Part shown: piece after piece, positions 1 through 12,759 of the stretch
How the letters are laid out: the number at the start of each line of letters is the position of its first letter
Position numbering within the stretch: the first letter of the stretch is position 1
Source of the DNA: Trichosphaerium sp. ATCC 40318
Lineage: Eukaryota; Protista; Tubulinea
Assembly (NCBI GenBank): GCA_038496445.1
Contig: JALMLS010000213.1
Span: 1-64,000, forward strand
Length of the DNA: 64,000 nucleotides
Direction: 5' to 3'
The notes under the pieces: model-generated
What the model was told of the DNA's origin: nothing
What the model saw: the letters and a program-made list of their open reading frames with translations, nothing else
Databases searched by the model: none
Translations under genes and position numbers: made by a program

Positions 1-94
1 GGGTGTACGGGAGTGGTCGCCTGTTGGAGTAGCTGCAAAGCTAAATCTAGGATTTCTTGTGCCACAGTCAACGCTATTCACTTTTTCAATGTTA

Positions 95-1583
95 ATGGTA
101 ACACAAAATACAACACAAAATGTCCGCCGAACAACAAAAAAGAAGAGAAAGTTCAATGCAACAAAGGAAACAAACACAGCAACGAAAGAAACCACAATTC
201 GCTTTGTTAGTGGCCATTTCACGTTCACACTTTCAGAGAAGCTTCTCAACATGTATTCAACATCTCTTTTCACATCTAAAGTACATGCCAAATCACTACA
301 AGATAATTCATCTGAAACAACCATTTTGGAGGAGTGTAGGTACGTAAAACACTTTTGACGCGTATTTACTAACTATCGGGATGGTAGTCACTCAAAACAT
401 CTTCCAAAAATTTTGAGTTTGATGAGAAATGAAGAAATCACAAGTTTTGAAGATCCTGCGGGGTTGTGGTTTGCAGCAGAATACTATGGTGTACCTATTG
501 TTTGGAAAGATATAAACATGCCTTATGGCACGTGTTTAATATGCTCCTTCAATTAGTAACAACTTCATAGAGCTCAAGTTATCAATAATCGCAACTACGC
601 ACATTCTTGAGCAAGTGCGAGATCTGTGGGGAAGGTTTCAAGCTTTGTTTCACCAGGCTGTGAGTGTAAACAAACATAAAACAAATTATTTGATTGTATT
701 AGGCATCAGTTGGTCGTAACAAGAGGAAAATTTGTGCTGTAAAGAGCCATGCGGCAGGTAGTACTATATATTTAAAGACAGAATTAGGTAGAAGTATAAT
801 GGAAAAGTACTTTAAACAATGTGACTTGGTACAAGATGTGTGATGACACCCAAAAAATAATTACTAAATTAGCACTACAAATACACAAAAGGCGATGATG
901 GTAGTGACAATTTAACAATATTTTGGAGTGATGATGAAGTTGGACCTGAAGTTGTAAACAAAAGATTAATACAAGCAATTTCAGGTAAAAAATGGGATTA
1001 TCCTAACTTGAGTACGGTTTTTGGTTTATCATTTAATGTTCACTCCCTGATATGAACTTATTTAGCGGAAGAGTTGTGGGCCATATCACAAAATGTAAGA
1101 TGGAACACGTTGTATTATGACAAACGTTATTATTCCAAAGACTACCTGTACCAGGCATCAATTGGGTCGCAAGAATTTGTAGTAATGTATCATACATTCC
1201 TGAAAAAAGTTCCAGAAGTGTATTATGATTACATTTTTAAAGCACAGTACGTTTTAAAACATTCTCCTGTCAACCTAATTTGCGTCATAGTCCAGACGAC
1301 ATTTGTTGCCCAAAGAACATTATGAAAGATGGAGACGCGCGCAAAAAGATTGTTAGTATATTGTGTTTATTGTTGAAAACAGCAGTATGTACAATATGAG
1401 GTAAATTGTGTATTAACTATTGTATAGACCTTTGTTAAAGAAGAGATAGTGAGTGAAAACACAATCATTTTCACGTTATCCATTCCACGGGTTAATGAAG
1501 CCCTTGTAGATAAGTTTTTACCAATTTATCTCACACCATATGAGAAACGGCGAAAGGACATAAAAAAAATATTTTATTGTTAG
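95..1583 (+). CDS. Clade A NLS-BTB/POZ family protein, 8 exons (copy A1)
   Basis: Spliced by hand through all 8 exons without a stop: ATG 95 (MVTQNTTQNVRRTTKKKRKFN), FVSGHFTFTLSEKLL, HSKHLPKILSLMR, WFAAEYYGV, KTELGR, EELWAISQ, LPIYLTPY, TAG 1581-1583. Intron 2 donor is GC (528). Confidence 0.85.
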
Positions 1584-2310
1584 ATAAGGAGAGAGACCTT
1601 GTATCATGATAAATGAAGAACATTGTATGTTGAATACAGGTTGTACTCTTTTTTTGAAATCTACGGGTTCCTACTGTATTGGCTTGAGTTTCTGATCTAC
1701 ACGTTCAGAAAAAAGTTGCTACAAAAGTAAATGCCACACGGACCACTCAACACATATCCGTAATTCTAAACGCTCAAGGTATCTCCAGAGTGGCCTTGGT
1801 ACTCTAACACTATAGTATCTATAATTGACAGATAATGCGTATTCTCTTCACGAACAATGGCAGGAGAAAAATAATATACATATTGAAGATAACTACCTAA
1901 CGCCCCCAAAGACTGAGCGACTTTCCTCCCACTGTATTGTATTGTCAAAGTCGGTCCAAACTAACTGACAAAATCTACTACCAAGAAACCTATTAAAACC
2001 GTACGCCAAAAAAAACCGCTGTTTACATACAAACAAGTTTCATAAACGAATTTTTTGTGTTTTAGTTTTTTAAACAACACCCACGCGGTTTTTCACGCGT
2101 AGCAACCTCATTGCGATCTACAACTAGAGTTTATGTTTCGTTTACTGTTTATATTGTCTCACCCTTCTCCAGTGAACTCTTTATTACATAATAAACGCTA
2201 CTTACCTACTCCGCTTCTAATCAAACAAAACAATCAATTCATTGAACTATAAATATAGAAATAGTTATGCTTCGCAAATAACTAACAAAAATAGTTACAA
2301 TCAGTATTTG

Positions 2311-3541
2311 ATGTCAGACCACCAGCCAGTTCCTGAGAGGTTAGCATAACATCACTTTTTTCGCTAGTATGTTAACGTAGCTTAGAGCGAGCATATTGGA
2401 CTTCCCTACAGAGATTTTAGCTCACATATTACGTCAACTTACAATAAGACGTGTTGACTGTTGTCAAACCTGTCGCCGGTTTGCTTCTATCATCCATGAT
2501 ATTATTGGATACAATCATGTTGTTATTAGAACTGTAGACCAAGCCAAAGCACTTGTAAAACATAGAGGTGCTCTCCAGCATACCACAATCAGGGTTCTTA
2601 GTGATGATGTTGGTAAAGTTGTCAATGAACTTGGCGGTGTTCATACTATTAATATTAGCGGCTCTTATGCTCTAAAAGGCAAGCATATAGCAGTACTTTC
2701 TGGGGTACATACTATAAATCTTATGGGTTGTTGCAATCTTACAGATGAAGGTATTAAAGCGCTTTCCGGGGTATATTCGATAAATCTTCAATCTTGTCCT
2801 AGTATAACAGATGAGGGAGTTAAAGCACTTGCTGGCGTTCATACAATCAATCTTCGTTCTTGTTATGGAATAACAGACGAGGGAGTTAAAGCACTTGCTG
2901 GCGTTCATACAATCGATCTTTGTTCTTGTTTTAAACTGACAGATGAAGGTATTAAAGCACTCGCTGGTGTATATTCTATTAATCTTAGTTCTTGTAATAA
3001 ACTGACAGATGAAGGTATTAAGCATCTTTCCGGTGTACATACAATTGATCTCAGTTCTTGTTGTAACTTGACAGATGAAAGTCTTAAACATCTTTCTGGT
3101 GTACATACAATTGATATTGGATCTTGTGATATTACTGATGAAGGTATTAAAGCACTCAAAGGTGTTCATAATATTATAATTAGATATTGTGCCAAGGTTA
3201 CAGATGAGGGTATTAAACATCTTTCTGGTGTACACACAATTGATATTGGTTATTGTCATGGTATTACAAACGAAGGCTACAAGTCACTGTCTGGTGTTCA
3301 TATCATTGATGTTTCTGGTTGCCGTGTTACAAATGAAGGACTTAAAGCCTTCGCTGGTGTTCATAAAATTAAATTATTCTCTTGTAAAGGGATAACAGAT
3401 GCAGGTTTGAAGGCATTGGCTGGTGTTCATACCGCTGAACTTATATATTGTCCAAATATAACAGCCGAAGGTATTGCTAAATGGCTTAGTGGTGTTAACA
3501 CTAAAACAAGCTATTTCGGTATCACCTTCAAAGATAAATAA
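2311..3541 (+). CDS. F-box / leucine-rich repeat protein (FBXL-like) with ~13 22-aa LRRs
   Basis: ORF 2396-3541 begins with an F-box-like ILDFPTEILAHILRQL...CCQTCRRF, followed by repeats of consensus LAGVHTINLSSCxKLTDEGIKA. ATG 2311 joins in frame via a 46-nt intron 2340-2385 (GTTAGC...CTTAG). Confidence 0.88.
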
Positions 3542-3819
3542 ACACTACATACAAAAAGTTTAATTAAAAACACCCTAGTCCTGACAGCACGTGGTGGCTT
3601 ACAGAATGCTACAAGGTAATTTGTATTAAATAATAATTTAGAGAGTTCGCTCATATATTTGTGGCTCATGTGCAAACAGTACTGCCACAAACTGTTTGGC
3701 TTAGACTACAAATCCTTTACTTTACTTTTATTTGTCTGCGTTGCACTGAACCCAATCGCAGGCTAGCGCACATTGGAACTAGCCAAGGGTTTACATAGGA
3801 GTTGCACCTACCGCTCTCA

Positions 3820-4300
3820 ACGCGGGAAGAGTAGTACGCCTCCTGCTAGGAGGTAACAGAGGACCGTAATTGTGGGAGTGACCCAACCGCCCTAAGATGA
3901 TCGCGTCAAGCTGAAAAAGCTGACCAGAATAATGTTTGACTTAAGAAACGCCTGCAGGCGCTCATGCTTGAATTTGTAGAGGAGTTGCCGTTGGAGCACT
4001 TGCTACTACCGTGACGTATGTTGTATTCAAGCCATACCATGCGTAATCTAAGAATTCGACTTGATGTTTAGGTTTAAGATTAGCCAAGTTGTTAGTGTAG
4101 ATGGAGTGTATGCGTATGCAAGCCTTTCAGCAGCACGAAGTAGACTAAAAATCCAAAGGATTAGTTTTTCAAAGCACTCAAGCCACGTGATATGTGGGAA
4201 GCAGGCACTTATATTGAGGTAAGGAATTGAAATCAAGATACTTACAGGTATTTTAAGACTCACATGGCATCGAAATATCTATCACCTATTTTACAGTTGC
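3820..4300 (-). other. Possible small spliced gene or gene relic (GC-richer segment)
   Basis: Minus strand has GT..AG segments of intron size (GTATGG...GTAG near 4038-4003; GTCAGC...CTTAG near 3924-3892) separating short open frames. The frame is ambiguous and I recognise no product. Confidence 0.25.
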
Positions 4301-4407
4301 TTTAACCACAGGTGGCGAATACTCTTTTTAGTTTATTGTACAAAATAACCTTAACAAGCTTTAGTCACATCAATACAAGACCTTTGTGGTTAAGAAGCGT
4401 TTATTGC

Positions 4408-5531
4408 ACATTTACGAATTTACAATTAGGTTTAGCCGCTGTCTCTTCTCATCAATATCAATTGGTGCCCTTTTGACCATGTTGAATTAAAAGCGCTGCA
4501 TCCTTGGCTGCTATTGATGGCAATTTAAATTGCATAGTGAAATCAACATCTTTATTCATATTGGCGTCATGTAGTGACTTGAGATTTGTTAGATACAGGC
4601 AGAATTTAGTGAAACGCACAGTTCCAAGATGTCAGCGAAATGTATGCAAAGCTTATTTGCATGAATGAAGCATTCGTCTATTCCGCGAACAAAAGTTGGA
4701 GTTACTCTATACAGGTATAAGCGTGAGTATGAAAAGAAAATACCCACAATTCTATTTGATAACGATTCACAAAATCATCAGTACTGCTCTCGTCGTCACT
4801 GATGCTATCGCTGGCAAGCAAATCCAAACTACGATTTGGGAACACCACGCTGACTTCAAAGATTGAGTAATTTACGCAAGCATCGCGATGTTCAGTTATC
4901 TCTTTTTTTAGAGCCTGTATTTTGGTCCACTGTGCATGCAGAGCTATGGTCCACAGATTCTCCCCTAGTGAAATTATTACCGATTAATGTATATCAACGC
5001 ACGTATGGTTGCAGTGGAAAAGGTTCCAGCAACAGCAGCGTCGTACAGAGTTTCTACTCTAGTTGTTTGCAATCCTGTGTCATCCCAAAATACTTAAAGT
5101 AAAAAGGTCTTTCCTATGCTTTGGCACTATTAAGATCGCACTCTAAAGTACAATTTAGTTGAGTTGACATTCAAAAGCACTACCAAGTTAAAGGCACGGG
5201 TTGAGAAATACTGTTGCACCATTGCCTTGGCGTAACTTGGGTCACGAAAGCGTGAGCTCTCAAACTGTAGAGTATAATCCATAAAGCCATTTCTAGCCTA
5301 TTAAATGAATACTGTAAATGAGTGAAGGGGGAAAGTGTTCGCAGGTGTGGAAATACTGCTTTTTTCAGTTCGCAATTCCAAATATTTTCTATTTTTCCAA
5401 GAATTAACCTTAGCTTGGTGCTCATTACAGACAAAAGCCGTTGGTGGGTTTGGTTTGCTTCTTTTGCAGGCTGGCTCGTTCACGGTTGTAGGTGGGTCTG
5501 CTTCACGTCGTTTGCTGGTTGGGTTATTCAT
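4408..5531 (-). pseudogene. Clade B divergent family member, BTB largely deleted
   Basis: MNNPTSKRR...KRSKPNPPTAFVCN jumps out of frame into an exon-3-like KLRLILGKIENIW. A later exon reads GENLWTIALHAQWTKI, matching the family GERLWA...QW motif. Confidence 0.55.
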
Positions 5532-5713
5532 AACGTCTGTTGTTTTAGCTATCAATCACAAACGTTTTAAAATGTGAATTGACCATTTTTTTTCCGTACC
5601 ACCAATTGCTGTATACGTACAACGGCGTTTTTCAATAATTTTCACACCTTACTGTATTTGTACCTGTTCAGTCAACCTGTTTCAGCTGATAAAAGTATCA
5701 AAAAGAAAAAAGC

Positions 5714-7184
5714 ATGTCCAAACCACAAAAAAAGAAGAGAAAATTGAATCCAAAGACGGAAACGACCGTAAAAGCGCCAAACCCATCCAAAGAAACAACA
5801 GACACCCCAACTCATTTTCAATGTGGAGATTTTAGCTTTACACTATCAACGGAGCTTCTAAATGCATATCCATCATCTCTTTTCGCGTCTAAAGTACATT
5901 TTGAATCATTACAAGATAATTCAACTAAAACAACTATTTTGGAGGAATGTAGGCGCGTCATATACCTCCAACCAATTGTGCAAGTGCATACTAATTTTTT
6001 AACGTTAAAGCCATTCGTATTACCTTACTACAATCTTGAGTTTGATGAGAAATGAAGAAATGACGAGTATCGAAGATCCTGCAGGTTTATGGTTTGCAGC
6101 GGAATACTATGGCGGCCCCATTGTTTGGGAAGATATAAATATGCCTTATTGCACGTGCTTATTGTTTTCAGAACTGACATCAAGTCTTAGTAAGCAAATT
6201 ACAAGTTCAAGCAGCTGCGTACATTTTCGACCAAATACGCACACTTTGGGAATACTTACAGGATTCATTAAGTGATAGGGTACTTGTTGCACACTAAACG
6301 AAGCTAATTTGAAAAAGGCAGTCTCAGGTTTCAATTTCCAAAATGTGTGTGGCGCTATGAGCTATGCAAATGGCAGGCAGTTATTTTTAAAGACAGAACT
6401 TGGTAGAACTGCATTAGCAAAGTACTTCAAACAATGCAATTTGGTATGAATAAACCCAATTGGTTCCGGGACTTTAACCAAGTTTAGCACTACAAATATA
6501 CCAAAGATAAACGTGGCATAGACTTCTTGACTGTTGTGTGGACAGACAATGAAGTTGGACCTGAAGTTGTGAAGCGGAGGTGTATTGATGCAATTTCAGG
6601 AAACTTTTGGGAGTATCCAAACTTGAGTACGCCTTATTGTCTTTTACTAAATCTCATTTCTGATGTAATTGTAAGCGGAAGAGTTGTGGGCTAAATCTCA
6701 ATATATAAGATGGCGTGAGCTATATAGTATAAGAGATAGTATACGCGAAGCCTACGTGGAACAGGCAGCACTTGGGTCGTTAAAATTTGTGTTATTGTAT
6801 CATTCAGGTGCTGCAGATGAGCCTCCTAAAGACATTTACAACGACTATTTGATAACGCACTAGTACGTTACAGGGAAAACGTTCAAACTAACTCTGCATT
6901 AGTCAAACACGTATAGTTTCTTTTAAATCTGTTGTGGAAGATGAACAGACACGTAGAAAACTTGGAAGTCTGTTGTGTATGTTTGTAGAAGGAGCAGTAT
7001 GTTAACTTCGCTCTTTATTGTAGTAACATTCATGTAGACTTTTGTTGAAGACAAGGTTCACAACAAACATAATTTTACAATCACAATATCAATTCCACCT
7101 GTAAAGGAGGCTATTCTTGATGGCTTTTTACCAATATTTCTTACCCCATACAAGCATGGAAAACGTCCTTTAAATAGGTACTGA
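5714..7184 (+). CDS. Clade A NLS-BTB family protein (A2)
   Basis: MSKPQKKKRKLNP...FQCGDFSFTLS; same 8-exon layout; GC donors at introns 1 and 2; TGA 7182-7184. Confidence 0.82.
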
Positions 7185-7813
7185 AAAAGAGTGTTAAATT
7201 GTTTTTTTGCAGCCTGCTAATAAACAAATAATCAAATGTACATCACAATTCGTAGATTAGTAACTGGGTTCTATTGAGAACGTGGTTAGGGCTTGTACTA
7301 ATACCCAGTAGTTCATCTCCTTGTTTAACATTTTGTAAATATCAATTCATTGCTCAAAAGTACACTTATAAACGAACAGAGTTTGGCCTTTCCTTGTTGC
7401 GTAATTATGACATCAGTGTTATTTCTTCAACGATAGAGTCACAAATCAGTCTTGAAGTCGTATGTTAAAAGTCAAAAAATTCAGTTTTATTCTCAAACTG
7501 TGATATGAAGTCTCAATCCAAGTTTCACTTCCGTAAGTTTCGTGGCAAATGTCCAAAATCTCACGTAAAATCAGTCATCTGCCACAAAATTCACGGCGTT
7601 GGGTCTAAACCGTTAACACACCAAACAGTCGTTACAAGCTGACGTCGAAGATATATTTTACGCGCAGTAGTAAACTACCACATTGAGGACGTATTGAATT
7701 GAGTTTGCGAAACGAAAAAACATGAAAACCGACGACTTTTCGCGCTAGTTTTGCGAATCAAAAAAAAGTGCTCTTTCTAAACGCATACATCGATTATTGA
7801 ATTCATTGTAAAA

Positions 7814-8608
7814 ATGGACGAAGAACCTTCTCTTACGGATATTGTAGAGATAAACGTCGGTGGAACTATAATGGTGACAACAAGACGTACTTTATGCATT
7901 ATAGATGAGTCTGTACTATGTAGTATGTTCAGCGGTCGATGGAAAGGTAAACAAACGCTAGATAGTCAAGGTAGGATATTTTTAGATGTAAACCCTGATT
8001 ATTTCATGATTATATTGGATTCGCTTAGAGAAGCAGTGTTAACAGGTTCAAATACGTTACCAAAAGTTCGAAAGATGTTCAGAAAGGACTCTTGCTTTGC
8101 GTCTATTGTATCTTATTTTTGCCTTCTAAACACTGACTATATCGGCCCTGTCTTGGATAGATTTTATGAAACACGTGCGTATGGTGATATTGAGATTTCG
8201 TCTCTTTATGTTGTTTGTAAAAGAGAAGGTTTTCATTCGAGAACAATGGGTCTTGCTGGAGGTGAGAATATTTATCGTGAAAACACGTGGTATTTTAAGA
8301 TACATGGTACAAAAGGTGTATTTCTTGGTATTGTACCTGAAGCTACTATATTTCCTAGGGTTCAGAACGTATGCTATGGGTGGAGTGATTTAAAAAAGTA
8401 TTGCTTCGGGAATATACAAACTTATAGCAATGATATAAAGTTCAAGTATGTTGCTTTGCAATTAGAAGATGGAAGATTATCTATTGATGACGGTACTACA
8501 AAAGATTCCATGGAAATTCCTAAGGGCGTTGTGTGGAGGCTTTGCGTTTGGCTTGTGAATGAAGGGAGTAGAGTAAGAGTAATACGAAAACCAGATGCTA
8601 AGTTTTAG
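7814..8608 (+). CDS. Intronless KCTD/T1-type BTB/POZ protein with a beta-rich (SPRY-like?) C-terminal domain
   Basis: VEINVGGTIMVTTRRTL...SVLCSMFSGRW...GRIFLDVNPDYFMIILDSLR is a canonical KCTD BTB pattern. The C-terminal WYFKI..GVFLGIV..YGW..L.DGRLSI..WRLCV resembles SPRY (inference). Confidence 0.85.
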   Translation: MDEEPSLTDIVEINVGGTIMVTTRRTLCIIDESVLCSMFSGRWKGKQTLDSQGRIFLDVNPDYFMIILDSLREAVLTGSNTLPKVRKMFRKDSCFASIVSYFCLLNTDYIGPVLDRFYETRAYGDIEISSLYVVCKREGFHSRTMGLAGGENIYRENTWYFKIHGTKGVFLGIVPEATIFPRVQNVCYGWSDLKKYCFGNIQTYSNDIKFKYVALQLEDGRLSIDDGTTKDSMEIPKGVVWRLCVWLVNEGSRVRVIRKPDAKF

Positions 8609-9125
8609 AGAACTTTTTTTTGATAGATCAAAACCTTTCTTTCCAAATGTCAATATTCTGAATGCGAAATTGAACGCGCTTGTAGTGTATATAAGTACTC
8701 TTGGTATAGGAGCAACATTGACACAGACAGCAAAAAAAGTTAATAAAGTATGTTTACTACCTTAGCTATTGTTCTGTAATACCAGGTTCAGTACCTACAA
8801 CATACAGTTTTTAGCGTATTTCAATGTCAACAGAAGTGTTGATCTTAAGAGTTTGCGTCAGAATTAGCTATGGAATCATCAATTTTTGGAAATTAACAAT
8901 GAGATTTAGTGATGGCAGTTACTCGGTGATTGCCTAGGGATGCTTTGCTAACATGAAAACACCGTGTAGGCGTATTAGTATTAGCGCGAACATTCTATTT
9001 TTCATGTTTACAGATGCCAGCAAATTTAATTGCAATACGGAGCAATTTAAAAATGTTAGTTCAAGTTAATTGTTTTAATCGAAAATCAATCAAGTTTCAG
9101 TTATTCTCGATTATACCAGTACAAC

Positions 9126-10599
9126 ATGTCTGAACCGCAAAAAAAGAGGAGAAAACTGAACCCAAAGGTTGATACAGGAGTGACGTCAACTGAAACTACA
9201 ACAGAAAGCGCAACACAGTTCAAATGTGGAGATTTTAGCTTCACGCTATCGGAGGAGCTACTCAACGCGTACTCATCATCTCTTTTCGCGTCTAAAGTAC
9301 ATTTTGAATCACTACAAGATAATTCATCAACAAAAACCCTTTTGGAGGAATGCAGGTACATTTGAAGACTCCTTCATATGTTTAATGCGTATATCACTGT
9401 TATTAACGAAAATCAGTCATTCGAAGTATCTACCAACAATCTTGAGTTTTATGAAAAAGGAAGTACTGCCGAGTGTCGAAGATCCTGCAAATTTATGGCT
9501 TGCGGCTGAATACTATGGTGTACCTGTCGAATGGAAAAAACTAAATATGCTTGTGGGCACGTGTATTAATTTTCAACAAGCTTACGGCAATCTAGTGAAC
9601 AAGCTTCCAATTATGGCCACTACATTCCTTCTAGAAACAATACGAAAAGCTTTCAAGTCCCTTAAATCTACCCTACGAACAGCTGTAAACTTTAAGTACA
9701 ACACTATTGAGTTCTGATCTTATGTATAGGCGGCCTTAGGTAAAACTATGATCATTATTGGCACTGAAAGAGACACTATTTATTTACAAACAGAATATGG
9801 CAGAACTGCTTTAGAAAAGTACTGTAGCAACTATGCCTTGGTATGGTTTCTACAAGTACTTCGATTCACACTAACCGTTTGTTAGCATGTTAAATACACA
9901 CAAAATAAAGATGAACGTTTTGAAGCAACAATTTGTTGGAGTGATGAAGAAGTTGGAACTAAACTTGTAGTAACGAGATGTATGAATGCAATTTCAGGAC
10001 AATTTTGGGATTTTGCAAACTTGAGTATGCTTGTACTTGTGTTAATGTACATTAACTGAAGTACCTGTTTTAGCTGAAGAATTATGGGCTAAATCTCAGT
10101 ATTATACATGGAACACGGTATTCAAAAAAAGAGACAGGATGCGTCCACTCTATCTTCAAAAGGGAACAAAAGGAGCATCAACATTTACAGTACTTTGTCG
10201 TGATTGGAAGTATAAAAATCCAACAAGAATACCATGCGATTTTATGCTTGACACTCAGTACTGCATTCTCTCTATCAAGTATTTATAACTGACTTTGTTA
10301 CAGTCCAAAAGATATAGCCAATGCTGAGGAACTTGTAAACAATCCACGTATGAGAAGCAAGCTCAGACGTTTGTTGTGTGCCTTCGTCGAAATAGCAGTA
10401 TGTTGATTTTACTCTCAGTCCTTTTGTACTAACCAGTTGTAAATAGACTTTTAAGGAAGAAAAAGTACACCACGAAGACGTGCTTACCATCACATTGTCA
10501 TATCCAAAAATCGATGAAGCTATGCTTGACAATTATCTACCAATCTTTTGTACTGAACCATATAAAAACGATCAAACAATTCCGAAGACACCTAGATAG
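9126..10599 (+). CDS. Clade A NLS-BTB family protein (A3)
   Basis: MSEPQKKRRKLNP; conserved exon motifs; TAG 10597-10599. Confidence 0.82.
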
Positions 10600-10714
10600 C
10601 TACTTTATTTACCTGTAGGCAGTGAATCACTAAAATACAAGTGTTAAATAAATACGAATCCAGCTGCAAGAGAAATCTTTTATTAGTAGACAGTTGCAAT
10701 TGCATAATAATTTC

Positions 10715-12194
10715 CTATCTCTTAGGTTTAGGAAGGGTTTTGTCTTTTTGATAAATTGCTCTATAAATTGGTAAATATGCATCAAGCATAGCTTCATCAA
10801 TTTTTGGAAACGACAATGTGATGGTAAATACATCTTCACTGTATATCTTTTCTTCCAAAAACGTCTAATATCAAATTGTCAGACAGGAACGGGTGAGAGA
10901 AACTACTAAACATACGGCTATATCCAAGAACACACAAAACAAAACAACAAGCTTTCCTCGCATGAGTTTGTTTTTCACAAGCGCCTTTACGTTAGGTATA
11001 TCACCTGGACTACAAATAGTCAGATAAAAAACACCTTTTAGAGCGCGTACTGGGTGTCAAGTATAAAATCATTAGGTATATTTGCTGCACTGTCATGCTT
11101 CCAATCACGACAAAGTATAACAAATCTTGATGCTCCTGTTGTTCCCTTAGCAAGATACTCTGGACGTACCCAGTCTTTTTTTCTATAAACTGTGTGCCAG
11201 ATATAATATTGTGATTTGGCCCATAACTCTTCAGCTAAAACAACATACTTCAGTTAATGTGCATTAACACAAGTACAAGCATACTCAAGTTTTCAAAATC
11301 CCAAAATTTTCCTGATATTGCTGCAATACACCTCTTCTTTACAAGTTTAGGTCCAACTTCAAAATCACTCCAACAAACTGTTGCTTCTATTTTTTCGTCC
11401 TTATCTTTAGTATATTTAACATGCTAGTAAACAGTTAGTTTGCCAGAAAGCGCGTGTGGAAATCATACCAAAGAATAGTCATTGCAAAACTTTTCTAAGG
11501 CAGTTCTACCAAATTTTGTCTGTAAAAATACGCAATCTTTTTCATTGCCAATAATCCTCGTAGTTATACCAATGGCCGCCTAATACATAAATTAGAATTC
11601 ATGTATATGTAAGTTGTAGAAAAAAGCTTACTGCTTTTCGTAGCGCGCATTCAAGGACCGTCACCTCTTTTTGTATTTCTGCTAACAGGAATGTAACTGC
11701 CACAATAGGAAGCTTGTTAGCTACGTTGTTGTAAGTTCGCTGAATAATAACAAGCACGTGCCCACAAGCATATTTAGTTTTTTCCATTGAATTGGTACAC
11801 CATAGTATTCAGCTGCAAGCCATAAATTTGCAGGATCTTCGACACTTGGCAGTACTTCTTTTTTCATAAAACTCAAGATTGTCGGTAGATACTTTGAATG
11901 ACTGGTTTTTCGTTATTTCAAGGGAGCTTAGTATTTGCATTAGTCTCATACGTACTTGCATTCCTCCAACAGAGTTATTTTAGCTGAATTATCTTGTAAT
12001 GACTCAAAATGTACTTTAGACGCAAAAAGAGATGATGAGTACGCGTTGAGTAGCTCCTCCGATAGTGTGAAGCTAAAATCACCACATTTAAACTGTGTTG
12101 CGCTTTGTGCTGTTGATACTGACGCTTTTGTCTTTGCTACGCTTTTTTCAGGGATTGGGTTCAGTTTTCGCTTCTTTTTTTGTGGTTCAGACAT
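10715..12194 (-). CDS. Clade A NLS-BTB family protein (A4)
   Basis: ORF 11946-12194 is exon 1; downstream exons are recognisable on the minus strand; ends ...KTLPKPKR*. Confidence 0.82.
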
Positions 12195-12759
12195 GATTGT
12201 TACGGTTGATTATAAGTAAATGTTCAGGGTTTGACGCTTAAACACGTTGACTAATAAAGCACAAAAAATTACTTGTTTTTTTGATGTTTATTTAAGGTCG
12301 AACTGTAGATGTTTCGAAAAATACAAACCCCATTGTGGGAGAATTAAATCTCCTCTTCAGCAACTTTGTGTCGGGGACTTTGAACGATTTCCCGAGCTTT
12401 TTTCTTTAATATGCTCTGAAACGGTAGTAGCCATATCTTTTATATTGAACCAAATAGCGAAAGTTTCATTTACGTAGATAATGCACTGTCATTTTGTTCA
12501 GTGAAACTAAAGTGTCACATTTCAAGACGTGTTGATTCAAATTTCAGTTTGGCATTACTCATAACCTTAATAATCCATACCTCGTTGATAAAATGGGTAC
12601 GATCATGTTTATTCAACGTTTAATATTGCTTGCTACAATGTACTGAAAGCTCAATACTGGGATTACTGGTAGTCAATTCCTTTGATTAAATTAATACGTC
12701 TATGAAGTTGTAGTTTATTGATTCACTCACTGTCTTAAGCTTGTACACAAACTTAATTT

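Noticed and set aside
2429-3259. Minus-strand ORFs of 71-195 aa over the LRR gene
   Set aside because: Antisense shadows of the repetitive plus-strand LRR coding sequence.
3730-4010. Structured RNA gene suggested by small hairpins (cctcct-gct-aggagg, cgcctgcaggcg)
   Set aside because: No tRNA, snRNA or ribozyme consensus; the tract is equally explained by minus-strand exons.
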